From assembly GCF_009914755.1 (NCBI RefSeq), contig NC_060927.1: DNA of 64,000 bases; one strand, written 5' to 3'. Positions 30,131 to 45,764 of this stretch are shown here, piece after piece. Source of the stretch: the human T2T-CHM13v2.0 reference genome, Homo sapiens. How positions within the stretch are numbered: position 1 is the stretch's first letter; each line of letters starts with the position of its first letter. The translations under genes and the position numbers were made by a program. A model generated the notes under the pieces. That model did no database searches, was not told the origin of the DNA, and saw nothing but the letters and a program-made list of their open reading frames with translations.

Positions 30131-30799
30131 TTAAAAATACTAAGAGAATTCTTTCACTTGCTTGGTCTCTTTCTCATATTTAGTAGAAGTATGTCTTCCA
30201 TGTGTAGAAAATCCTTGAGTATACAGGGATACCTCAAAGATGAAGAAGCACTGAGATAATGTAAGCTTGAGTTATAAAGAAGTTATGTTCCATTTAGATT
30301 ACCAGGAAAGGAAAGCCTGTGAGGCTCAGGTAAGAGGACCTTACAAAAATAAGAGCTATATATTTGTTTGTGTACTCTGTGTATTCTTTCTCAGAAACCG
30401 AAGCTGGTGACTGGTGTACAGGATAACACGACACCTCATATGCACTAGATTAGAGCACAACTTGATTAAGCATCAAGTACACTCTCCTATTGATTGTCTC
30501 CAGGGTTTAAGAGAAAATACACACCAGTTTACTAGTGCTCCAAAACTGAGAGGATCACTGGTTTCATAAAATGCATGGTAAAATATAACTGAATGTTTTA
30601 AAAAACTCACATCATTTCAAATATCAATTTTTGTTGGTCTTTAGTGTTTATGTTAGAAGTCACCAGAATAAGTATTTGCTGATTCTAGGCAAATTGAAAA
30701 TGTCCTTGGTTTTGAAAATAAATTCACTCTGAGCACGTTTTTATGTATCAAGTTTCTATTTAACCATCACAGTTTGAATTCTGATTAATGTATGTTCAT

Positions 30800-30965
30800 A
30801 ATAATAACCTATGTGTATCAAGCATTTGCTATATGTCATAAATGCTATGTTCTAAGTGCTATATTCTAAGTGCTTTTTACATACTATCTAATTAAGTCTC
30901 TTTATTTCTTGGTGAGGTAGGTACTATTATTAAGCACATTTTAGAAAAGAGAAAAATGGAGTACA
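30800..30965 (-). mobile_element. MIR
   Basis: ttctaagtgctttt...gtgaggtaggtactattatt...catttt. Confidence 0.7.
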
Positions 30966-30969
30966 CTGC

Positions 30970-31260
30970 ACAGAAAAGAGTGGTATAAAGTCATAAATAC
31001 TAATCCCTGAAACAGAAAACCTACATTCACATTCCACATCTGTCATTTAGTGTTGTTTTGAAGAAGTCATTTAGAATGAGGTTTCAGTAGTTTCGATTAT
31101 AAAATAGTAATAATAGTAGTGATAGTAATAACAATGATAAAAAAAGTCTTACCTACTTTACAGTGTTGTTTTGAGGATAAACACATAATGTACCTGAAAA
31201 TGCTTTAAATATAAAACATTATACCAATTTATGAATAATATTATTATTGTTATTATTATT
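30970..31260 (+). mobile_element. MIR
   Basis: aagtcattta...tataaaat...taatagta...acctacttt.cag.gttgttttgaggataaa...aatgcttt. Confidence 0.6.
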
Positions 31261-32801
31261 AGGTGGTTAAAATTCTCCAGCTGGTCAGCTCAGGTATAAT
31301 TAGCAACACTATGAATGGCTTTTATATCCTTAAACGTGACAGGGTTACACTGTTTTTCAATATAGCTAAAATTCAGTAGTTCTACAAATCATTTTTTTTT
31401 CTACAAAGTGAATCTAAAATTCTGGTTTATGAATGATCCATGGAAGGAGAGTTCAATCTCTCAAGGGATCTTTATCTCAAAAGTTTTAAGGACCACTGAT
31501 AGTGGAATGAATTGCCTAAGCAGTTGTTGGAGGTATTTAAGTCACAAGGAGCTGCAGATTTTAAATGTATGTGCTAGCAAATTCATAGTTATGTTATCTC
31601 CATTATCTCTAGGTCCCTTGAACTTTCCCTCTTTTCTAAAATAAGTGCACCAACCTAAGAATGATGCCAAGCATAAATGATTCAGACTAATTAATTAGAA
31701 ACTGTTTCTCATGGTTACAAATTGAGTACAAATTATTCCAGCAGTCGAGATAGAGCTTTGCAAATATTCCATATGTTTACAATTTGTAAGAGTTTTCTTC
31801 CTTCGTTTTAATAGTAAGCTGTTTTTACTCTTGTGTTCCTGAAGACACTTTGTTACGAGGATTTTACTTAAAATGAACTAATATTTCAGATACATTTTGC
31901 ATATTTTATGTTTCAGTCCTCTTTCCTACTTATCCTTATTCTTCTCAAGCTGGCATTAAGGAGAAAATCATGCTTTCCTAGAGAAAAGCAACTTCAGTAC
32001 AGAGGTTTCCAAAATTATTACTAACACAAAATTATTTTAATAACTGGCAGAGATAATTCCAGCATTGCCTGTCAAGCCTGCAAACATTTAGAAATGATAA
32101 GCTGTAGAAGGGTGAGACTCAAGTCCCATTGTTCTGAAAGCTAAGCTTATCTCCTTTATTTGATACTAGCTTCACTTTATTATTTTATATCTCTACAGTT
32201 TTATGATTTCAATTATACAGCTTTGATGTATACTTTCCTTTCTCCTCTATTCTGGTGTATCTTATATGGGCATAAAATGCCCATGCAGGCACCCTTTAAA
32301 TGGCTGACTGCCAGGACTGGTTTCCAAACTCTTGAATTCTTTTCTCATCTCATGCTTTGAATTTGGAAGTGAAATCCATTTGTTTCCACTTGTTCATTTG
32401 TTTTCTTTGGCCTGATGTAGCTCAAGTGCCATTAAGTGTTTCTATGATGTCTAAACATAACCGAAGAAGAGAAGTACAAGATATGTTACAAGAGGAGAGG
32501 GAGCAGTAATGTCATGGAATTTCAGAAAGCTATCACACACATGCTCAATATTTTCCTCTCTACTTTTGGCTATTTACCCTCAAATCCTTTTAGTGTATAG
32601 TCAATTCCACCTTCATTAATTGTATCTTACTTATTAATAGTTAAAATAAAAATTTAATATTAAAATGTCTGACCGAATAAAACTGTTGTCTTTATATTAG
32701 GGAAATTTCAAGCCTTTCTTGTTTTTCATTATAGATAATGATTTATCTGAGTTCTAGCCCATAAAATCTCCTAATCCTATTAAGGTGAGTCTTATTTAAA
32801 A

Positions 32802-32953
32802 ATCTAAATATAAAAGTTACAGTAGATTGTTACATTGGAATTAATGTAACAATCTACTGATCTACTTACATTCTACTTACTGATCTACTTACAATCTACT
32901 GATTGTTACATTAATTCCAATGTAACAATCTACTGTAACTTTTATATTTAGAT
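32802..32953. repeat. Perfect 53-bp inverted repeat with a 46-bp tandem-repeat spacer
   Basis: 32802-32854 is the exact reverse complement of 32901-32953. Confidence 0.97.
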
Positions 32954-32958
32954 GGAAT

Positions 32959-33457
32959 CTCCAATTCTTCACCCCTCCCTTCATCAACAACCTGCCATAT
33001 GATGACTTCCCCCCAAAATAGGTGAAATACATTTCCATACCCCTGGATTTTGAATTAAGCTTATGACCTGCTTTCATCAATGGGATGTTAACAGTGATAA
33101 CATATGTTGGACTTGAGAAGAAAGCACTTAAGCATCTGCCACAGCTCTTGCAGATGAACATAGCCAGGTTAGCTTGCTAGTGGTTGGAAGACATATGGAG
33201 TAGGACCGCATCAACAAAGTCATTCCAGCCAAGGTCATCCTCCATCAGATAAGACTTGCTCGTCACAAACATTTGAGTAGGCCAGAGAAGATCAGCAGAG
33301 CTATCTAGTCACTCTAGCTGCCTTCAGATGCAGGAGAAGCCCAGCTAAGAACACATGAGTAATTACTGTGAGACAAATAAATAATATATTGTTTTAAGCT
33401 TTTAAGGTGTTGTAGTTCTTTCCTATGCAATATTATTGTGGTGATAGATAACTGATA
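32959..33457 (+). mobile_element. MLT1G-like MaLR LTR (its 5' end probably starts at ~32818)
   Basis: cccaattcttcacccctccct...ttatgacctgcttt..caatgggatg...ttgttttaagc...attattgtggtgatagataactgata. Confidence 0.7.
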
Positions 33458-34501
33458 TCTATGTGTATAGACACAAAATATACATATACATAAACATACA
33501 CATACATGATTTTATAAATACTTAAAAATGTGTTGGAGGGTAAAAAATGTTTTTTTGGAATAGTTATGAGTAGCATTTAAATATATGTAAGCAATTTTAT
33601 GGTATATTTTGAAACATCAATGTTACAGTCACAGAAATACACCATTTTTCCTAAAGGTACTCTACCTAAAACCCCTTTGTCTAAAAGGAGTTTTCCAAAT
33701 ACTGAAACCTCCTTTCAGTGTGTTTGTATATATTGAATGATCTATTCTTTACTTTTTATATTTTGGGAGAAATTTAGCATTTTAATTATTTAGTTCTCAG
33801 GATACTTTTATCTTAATTGTATGTATCTAATAAATATTTAATTTGTAACACTTTGGGTAAGTTGGAAATATTTTGTTTCTTTATAGGTTTTATTTAATGT
33901 TTTATTCATTTTTAATATGTTAATAGCGAATTAGTCAGAAAAACCTCTTTTCAATAAAAAAGGTTAACAATCAATTTCTGCCAATAATATTGTCATTAAT
34001 ATAATCAATTATGGGATTTGCAATTTTGATGCAATTTAATTATAAGTTGTTCTATGAATTGTATTTTTAACCCAGTGTTTCTTTATAGAATAAATACCTT
34101 GAAAAACTTGTAACTCTCATTTGACATGCTGTAAACCTGAAACGTCTTTAACTCTTCAAAAATGGAATATTTCAAATTAAAGTCAAGTGTTTAAAAACAG
34201 ATACAATGGGGGAAGTGATAAACAATGGCACTCTCATCTTCATAAAATGCTATACATTTGATAAACATGTAGTATAAATATTTTTAAATACGTTAAATGC
34301 GTTGGAGTGAACTGAAACTTAATTCTCTTTATCTTGTCCTGCTGCTATCCAAGTGGTCAAAGCAACAACTTGGGAATCAGAAAGAAGCAATTGTAGGCAC
34401 GGTACCATTTATGTTCAGTTATTGACAGGAAATACTAAAATGTACGACAAAACAGAAGGAGGACAAAGTAGATTCTTAATAAAGCTAATGTAGCTATTTT
34501 G

Positions 34502-34545
34502 CACACACACACACACATATTCACACACACACACACACACACACA
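34502..34545. repeat. Interrupted (CA)n microsatellite
   Basis: Two CA runs separated by tatt. Confidence 0.9.
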
Positions 34546-34631
34546 GAATCAGTATACATCCATCCCTAGAAAGAATACAGATTTCCCACGTAAATTAGAC
34601 AGGGGAATATAAAAATTAATTTTTAATTGTC

Positions 34632-34932
<301 letters not shown>

Positions 34933-34965
<33 letters not shown>

Positions 34966-35110
34966 GTACATATATATACACATATCTATACACATATATA
35001 TACACATATATATACACGTATATATATATACACATATATACGTATATATATACACATATATATACGTATATATATACACATATATACGTATATATATACA
35101 CATATATATG
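34933..35110. repeat. (TA)n plus ~20-22-bp TATACACA/TATACG minisatellite after the Alu tail
   Basis: tatatatacacatatatacg-type units; source of the YIYI ORFs. Confidence 0.9.
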
Positions 35111-36848
35111 TCAAAATATATTAAATTTTAGATACTTGAGAAGACAGCCATCCAATGCCCATAGTCAACACCCTTTAATCCTTCTTCCCCTGTTGCCATT
35201 CATGAGGCCAGGTTGGTTCCACAATGGAAAAGCTCTTTATAAGCTATAAAATGCTGTACACATATAAACTCTTGGGATTACAGATTTTGAAATTTACCCC
35301 AAAGATATATTGTGTTTTGCTTATTCAGAAGGAATGGTGCTATGTTGCAAACAACAGCAGAAGCATCAATAGTGTTGGATAAACAATTCCAGTTAGGCCC
35401 ATTTTTCATGGTGACATGATCTGAAACACTCTCATCGTCTAATTTAAAATACTCATGAAGATATATTAAATTGTAAAAACGTTCAGGATTACAGAAAACC
35501 AAGCATGTGGATGTTGAGAGAAAGGGGTGAGCGGTTCTACTAGTTGCGGTTCAGTAGGGTTAGACTGAGAAACACAACTGACTCAGTCACAAGCCATTGG
35601 AAGCTACCTGAGACCATACCAATAAAAAAAGCTAAAGTACCACTGCAATCAATCAGACATCAGTGCCAATTTACTGGGCTTTCCTTATGTAACTGCTGAA
35701 ATGCAATTTGATTATACTACCACTGAAGTAGACGGTGCCCCCATGTAGACACTTGTTTCAAAACACTCCTCACTTGCACCATCCTGTCTTGCTTGAGTGG
35801 TTCTGCAATTCAGACAGCAAGTTTGCTGTGCACACATTGCAACTGCTGGCAAGCCTACCCTTAACTCAGAAAGCAGCCAGCTGAGAGCTAGCCAACATTG
35901 AGGAGACATTGTCAGCAGAAATTTTGAACCAAAATCATACACACGCAGAGCAATGACCAGCGGTGAGTGGCAGGTTTTATCATTCAAGTTTTAAACATTT
36001 AATCTGCCTTCTAGAAAGGCAACTGGTTCAGGGACTTTCAAAAGAAAACAGACAGAACAATGAATACGGACCAGTAGGGAACATTTTTTTTCCACCGTGA
36101 AAACAAGCAAAAAAAAAAACTGTAAATGTATTTTGAATAAGATTGTAATTCTATCCAATTCACCTCTATCCTTAGTGACTGAAAGTGACTAAAATTCTAT
36201 AAGCTATGAGTAACAGAAAGATTGTAAAATAAAAGGTAATTCTCAATATAATAAAATACTCTGTCATGTTCAGTACATAAAATGTAAGTTACTTAATTTA
36301 AACATACAGAAATCAGTAGGTAGTTCATTAATTTAAAATAGGCCTGTTCCTGCCCACAGTAAATAAATCTAAATAAATATTTAAAGAATGTCTACTTGAA
36401 ATGACAATAAATCAGTAGCCTGTGCAATGTAGTATTGTGTTCTAGGCAGATTCTATTAAATATATAATCCTTGACTAAGTATATCCAAATCTCTGGACTA
36501 GCATAGAAGCTATGGCTGGAAATAAGATATAGATATAGATATAGATACAGATATTTAAAATCAACAAAACACTAAGACCCTGTCTGGCATTCAGTGTCTG
36601 TCTCTAGTTCAGGGATTCTGTGGTTGCTCTAGTCACAAATCCAATAAAACACCCTCTTCCCTGCATGGGAAATATTTTTTAAACTTGTCATTCAAATTCA
36701 CAAACCTGGAAGCACACAAATGATAAAGATGTTAGCAAATTTTATGCCAGGATATGAAGTCACCTCAAAATAAGTGGATATGCAAAAGCAGAAAGAAAAA
36801 GTTCCAGGAGCTGTTCTTGGCAATGGGGGTTTATGAGTGTAGCAATTA

Positions 36849-37175
<327 letters not shown>

Positions 37176-37473
37176 AAGGACAGCAAGATGAAACAAGATA
37201 CATATAATCTGAACACCAGAATTAACACAAAGCTTGGCCATACACACAACAATGACCCCTCCCAGACCTAAACCTGACAAAGGGATTCTACCAGTACTCA
37301 AGGGGAAGGAAAAGGGTTAGGATACTGCAGTTATCATACATGTTAGCTAAACTAAGACAAGGCTAGGTGATGTCTCATTGTTCAACTACTAAAAGCAGAT
37401 TTTCTCCAGCCCACAGGAAAATGAACATTAGCTAGAACATGAAAAAGAAAGAGAATTTACTTCTGAAGAGGAT

Positions 37474-37818
37474 TGATATGGTTTGGATCTGTGTCCCCAC
37501 CCAAATCTCAGCTTGAATTGTAATAATTCCCACATGTCAAGGGCAAGGCCAGGTGAAGTAATTGAATCATGAGGGCGGTTTCCCCCATGCTGTTCTCGTG
37601 AGTGAGTCTCACAAGATCTGATGATTTTATACATGTCTGGCATTTCCCCTGCTTGCACACATTCTCTCTCCTGCTGCCCTGTGAAGAGGTGCCTTTGGCC
37701 ATGATTGTAAGTTTCCTGAGGCCTCCCCAGCCATGCAGAAACTTGAGTCAATTAAACATCTTTTCTTTATACCAGTTTTGGGTATTTTTTCATAGCAGCA
37801 TGAGAACAGACTATTATA
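37474..37818 (+). mobile_element. THE1 (C/D-like) solo LTR
   Basis: tgatatggtttgg.tctgtgtccccacccaaatctca...gccatgattgtaagtttcctgaggcctccccagccatg...gagaacagacta. Confidence 0.88.
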
Positions 37819-37910
37819 TTATATTATTATAATATATATAATTTCATTATATTATTATATTAATACTAGATTAAGTTTAAAAAACTGTTAACCTTCTCAG
37901 GAAACTTGTA

Positions 37911-38090
37911 CAGATGCTCCTTAACTTATGATGGGGTTGGGTCCTGATAAACCCATTATATGTTGAAATATTGTAAGTTGAAAGTGCCAATATTTTCAGT
38001 GTAGGATTGGTTTATCTGGACGTATTACTTTTGTACCGTTATAAAGTTGAAAAATCAGAAGACAAACCATCATAAGTTGGAGACGATCTG
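37911..38090 (+). mobile_element. MER47A (Tigger-type MITE), rearranged
   Basis: TIRs cagatgctcc.taacttatgatgg / ccatcataagttggagacgatctg with TA TSD; centre replaced by an inverted copy. Confidence 0.75.
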
Positions 38091-38109
38091 TATTATTTTT
38101 GCTTTGTAC

Positions 38110-40200
<2,091 letters not shown>

Positions 40201-41426
40201 GAGGCTTTAAATTGCTAGTGGGAGTTCCTTATAATACAAATAGGAAAAAGAAAGAGAGAGAGAGAGAGAAAAAATGGATGGCTTCCCAAAAAGTATATAA
40301 AAGAAAGAGAGGTATGTGGTAGCAGTTTCCAGAGTTTCCAGATACATCTCCTACCCCCTGGTGGGACCTATAATCTTTGACACTGCCACATTGTGCCATA
40401 GTATCAGCTACATGATTGATGATGTGATCCCAGCTAGTTGGATATTCCTGATTTCATCTACCTAAATATATGACCTGAATATGAAAATCTCTTCAACTCC
40501 CTCCCAGCTTTATAATGTGTTAACTAACTGATAGTTCTTTAATGACTTCAATGGTTTATTCATATGTCATAAGCTGACAATTAAATTCCTTGTTGATCAA
40601 ACCACGTAGTAGGTAAAGTCAAGGGGAAATCTCACCTGCCCTCTTAATTTTTTTCATTTCGTTTATGCAGGAGGACGTTGTCTCTCAGCCCTAAGTAACA
40701 TGCCATAGTGGTATTTATTTATTGTTTTCATAGAAGCAGTTTTGATTTTCAAATAAATGTGCATAGAAGAGATAATTGAAAAAAAAAAAAGACAAGATTG
40801 CTTCCACCTTTATTTTGCAATTTTGCATTCAATGCTTTAAAAACAAATTTCCCTAAATAATCTGTTACTCTTTGGTGACTTAAGGAATAAAATAACCTGG
40901 TCAATGCACTGATTAACAGACCTTTAACACTGGCATAAAATTGTATTTGTAAAAACATGACATTCTTTATAAGTTTTATCACTCCTCAGGAATCTGTATT
41001 CTGCTAAACTACCAGGAGTGTCTCACTTTTCCTCAGACTAGCTCTTGCTGACAGTGGTACTGCACTGGGATATATTCAAAATTTCTTAATATGATAACTT
41101 GTTAGATTTTCCTAGAAGTTTAATTTAATGTTTATAAAAGTAGATAGATCCTATTTAAGTAGATATTAATAGGAGATATACATCATATCTCGGTCTTATA
41201 AGCTCGGTTAAAACGTCTCCCCTTTGCCCTCTTTAGCGAAAATCAAAGCTGTGAATTTGCTTTGTCTGGTAATAGACTAATACCAAGCGCTTACCTCCCC
41301 CTTACCCCCTGAAAAATTTGTTCCTATTTCAGCTTAATTTTTCCTCAAAAGAAAATGTTTCCTCCATCACTTTCCCTCATACCCACGGGGTATGTTCATA
41401 ACATTTCTAACTTTGTTAAATATCTT

Positions 41427-41750
<324 letters not shown>

Positions 41751-42252
41751 TGTTAAATGTCTTAATTTCTGACTAAGCATGAAAAACTAAGTCAAAAAAG
41801 GTTCATTAAACTAGCCTTGTAGCTGGAAGATTACTGAGTTATCTTTCTATTCTTGCTTTGTACTATTGTCAACTAATAATTTTATAAACTAATTCTAATT
41901 TTAATTTCCAGCAATGGGGTGGATTAAATAAGAAATATTTAAACCAACCCCTTTTATAAGACACCTAGAAATATGAGAGGAAAAAATATATAGTAAATGT
42001 CCCTGTAGACATATAGGTGAAACCATGAGAATGTAATGAAAAATCCTCAGAAGGCTAAAATGAAGAGGTCACTGCAAACCAGATAAGCAATACGCTAAAG
42101 TTTCAGGAATCTTTAGGAGTTTGATTGGTTAGAACAATGAATTTAAGGTTTTTTTAAGCCCATGCCAAAGCACAAAACAAGGCAAAGCATCCACTCAAGA
42201 CAGGGAGTTGGAGAACAGATTGCAAATAAAGCTGAGACTCCTCTCCTGCTCC

Positions 42253-42643
42253 ATTATGGGATGAATTGTATCCCCCTAAATTCATATGTTGAAGTCCTAA
42301 TTCCTAGTACCTCATAATGTGACTATATTTGGCAATAGAGTCTGTAAAAAGGTGATTAACTTAAAATGAGGCTGTTAGGTTGCATCTTAATGCAACCTAA
42401 CTGGTGTCCTTATTAGGAAGTTTGGACACAGAGAGAGGGACTTACGCACACAAAGAAAAGACCACCTGAAAACATAATGAGAAGGTGGCCATCTGCCAGC
42501 CAAGAAGAGAGGCCTCAGAAGAAATCAAACCTGCGAACATCTTGAGTTAGGACTTCCAGCCTCCAGAACTGTGAGAAAATAAATATCTGTTGATTGAGGC
42601 ATTTGATCTGCAATAGTTTATTATGGCAGCCCTAGCAAATTAC
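42253..42643 (+). mobile_element. MLT1B-like MaLR LTR
   Basis: tgaattgtatccccc.aaattcatatgttgaagtcctaa...gacttccagcctccagaactgtgagaaaataaat...ttatggcagccctagcaaa. Confidence 0.85.
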
Positions 42644-43808
42644 CTCCCTAAAAAACTACATTCTTAGTAAAAGGAAGGATGAGAGAAATTGCAACCACCA
42701 TTAATGGGAGATAACAAAGAACTTTGCCTGTCTCCACAAGGGTGGAAGAGAAAGTCTCCCCTAGTACCTGTAACCACAGTGCTGTACCTCATGCAGTTTT
42801 GAGATTCACATTTAAACTACCTGACAAAACAAGAAATTGACATAAGAAGTAGTCACAATTTCAAATAGGGTATCTACCAAAGTTCTCACTATATAGCATT
42901 TGAATAAAGACTTGAAAGAGGTGAAGGATGAAATAATGTTGGTGTCTGGAAAAGAATGTTAAAGGTAGAGAGAAACAATAACTTAATCCCCTGAGTGAGC
43001 CTAGAACCTGCAGTGACTCCTATTGGGTCATCCTCAGACCCTCAAACGTGTGCTTCTCTCTCATTTTATGCTGTGCTTCTCCACACTGGGCCCTTGGATG
43101 TATGACAAGTTACTGAACCATGGGACAACAACACTTGGGAACCAAAGAAAACACAGAAATTGGTAACACCAGGCTCACTTCGCAGTAGATCTGGGCCTCA
43201 GGTTTGGCCTAACAACTGCAAACGCAGGACTGCTCTGCAGGGCATCTTCAAACAGCAAGACCAATTTGAACATCGATTGAGCACTTCTACAGGCCAGATA
43301 TTAAGTTCAAAGACACAAAGCATAGTATGAAATATTCTCACATATGTCTCTTAGGAGTTGTGGAAGAAAAGTGTAAAGAAAATGGGAAAAGATTAATGTT
43401 TCCAAGGCTGAGAATTCCCCCAAATTGATTAAAATATAAAACCATATATTCAAGATCAACAGGTCCTAAACAGAATATTAATAATAAATTCAAACCTAGA
43501 TACATACTTAAAACGCAAAACTCCAAAAAATAGACAAAATCTTACAATAATAATTTAAAATAACCCTTCACCTTTCTTTAAAATTGCTTCCAACCCTTAA
43601 CAGATAAAAACCAAACACTCATTCAGGGGTGCATGACTTTTCTCAAACTGGACCAACTCTACTACTTATTTTTCTACCATTTCCAATAAGTACATCTTCA
43701 GTTCATAACCTTTGCATGTCATGTGCCTTCTAAACTCAGTTTTCTCATTTTTCTTTTTCCAGAGTACCCTCCTCTCTGTCATCATCACTTAAAATCTTAT
43801 CCATGGTA

Positions 43809-44033
43809 CGAGACCATCCTGGCTAACATGGTGAAACCCTGTCTCTACTAAAAATACAAAAAATTAGCTGGGCGTGGTGGCAGGCGCCTGTAGTCCCAGC
43901 TACTTGGGAGGCTGAGGCAGGAAAATAGTGTGAACCTGGGAGGCAGAGCTTGTCGTAAGCCAAGATCACGCCACTGCACCCAGTCTGGATGACAGAGTGA
44001 GACTCAGTCTCAAAAAAGGAAACAAAAACAAAA
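43809..44033 (+). mobile_element. 5'-truncated AluY-like
   Basis: Begins at cgagaccatcctggctaac; 18-bp TSD aaaatcttatccatggta / aaactcttacccatggta. Confidence 0.92.
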
Positions 44034-45530
44034 AAACTCTTACCCATGGTATAATTTACAGGCTGATCTCACCTCCATCTTGAGACCTTTCTTAGTCATC
44101 CCAGCTTAGGTCTGTGACACTCACTATGCCACACACCCACATAAGGTCTTGCATTGTTCCTGCTTAGGGACATATGTCTCCTTGTTCAAGTGAACTAAGG
44201 TCTCTTAAATGATGAGTACAATGACAATGGTTTAAAGCCGTAGTTCTGACTTTTGGATCTAACAGATTTGTAAGATTCAAGGTGATAAAGCATTTCCAGC
44301 TTTTCTTTTTGCTGAAAGTACGTCAAAAATCCTACAACCATCTACTATCTATGTCATGTTATAAGAGAAGATTTTAATAATGAAAATCTAATAAGGATAT
44401 AATCTCACATAAATTGGATAAATTTACCTTAATATGAAGCTCACTATGTTTTTCTTATTTTTCTCTCTTTACTAACAATAACTAATAAAATCTTGATCAA
44501 ACAACAGTCCCAGTTGCTTCCAGGCCAGCAGGTAGAAATCACTGTTCTGCTATATTCTGATTCCCTTCCTTCTTGCTCCTGGACTTTCAGCAGAGAAAAG
44601 ATTTAAATAATCATTAAATAATCAAATCAAAATTATTTTTACTTCCTCACATTATCTTATTTTGATCACCCTGACCAGGTCATTGAGAGTTCTTTTTAAT
44701 ATATAGGTTATCAATCCAAAAAAATTTTTACCTTTTCAGAATTTTTGAAGCTTTCTGTATCTTCTTGTTGAAGAAGCAGTTTTAATGCCACTCTGTTTCA
44801 TGTATTTAAGGATATATTTCAAAAGCTACTTCTAGTTTTCTTTTATTGTCTCTTATGTTGACCTTTATTTCTTACTTTTTCTTTTTATTGTAACTCCAAA
44901 TTTATTTGCTATTTTGTAGCAGTCTCTTTTCTCTAAGTTGGCCTGATTTTTTACTTCTGTGCTTTTCTCATTTATACTTAGATGTTTACATAACCTAATC
45001 ACTTCTTTCTTCCGACAGTTCTTGTTTACAAAACAATGTTTTCCCTTGTGCACTTAGAATTAATTAGTTTTACAAAGTTAATTTTTCTATTAGTAAAGCA
45101 ATACAAATTAATTACAAAATTTTTAACACTTTTTTTAAGTGAAAAAATACTTTACAAATCTTACTCTTAAAGATAATCATTGCTAACATTGTAATGTGTT
45201 CCCTTATAGACTTCTTCTGGGTATGAGCACTGCTTCCCAGTAGATAAAGGATACTATCTATCTCTCTACCTACCTACCTATCTAGTATAATTAACAAAAG
45301 ACTATTAAAAGGTTTTAGATGGAAAATAATACAAAGGAAGAACCTATTTAATAATAAAATCTACCATTATTTATATTACCACCACTAGAAAATGAGACAA
45401 TGAATCAAATCACATTATACAAATTTTGAATGTAAAGAAAATCATGACCTAGGTTTCTTAGCAATCAAAGTGACGATTACCTTGATCTATGCAACTCTGC
45501 TTTTGACGATGGAGAAAGAAAATGCTTTTG

Positions 45531-45764
45531 GCAGAAGACATACATGCAGCCAACAAGCACATGAAAAAAAGCCCAACATCGCTGATCGTTAGAGAAATGC
45601 AAATCAAAACAACAATAAGATACCTCTCACACCAGTCAGAATGGCTATTATTAAAACATAAAAAAATAGCAGATGCTGGTGAGGTGGCAGAGAAAAGGGA
45701 ACACTTATACACTGTTGGTGGGAGTGTAAATTAGTTCAAACATTGTGGAAAGCAGTATGGTGAT
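45531..45764 (+). mobile_element. L1P ORF2 3' internal fragment (no 3'UTR or tail)
   Basis: EDIHAANKHMKKS...IVREMQIKTT L1 ORF2 peptide in ORF 45522..45734. Confidence 0.85.

Noticed and set aside
32855-32900. Short repeats as a CRISPR-like array
   Set aside because: Only two adjacent 23-bp units with no unique spacers, no cas genes, and a mammalian context.
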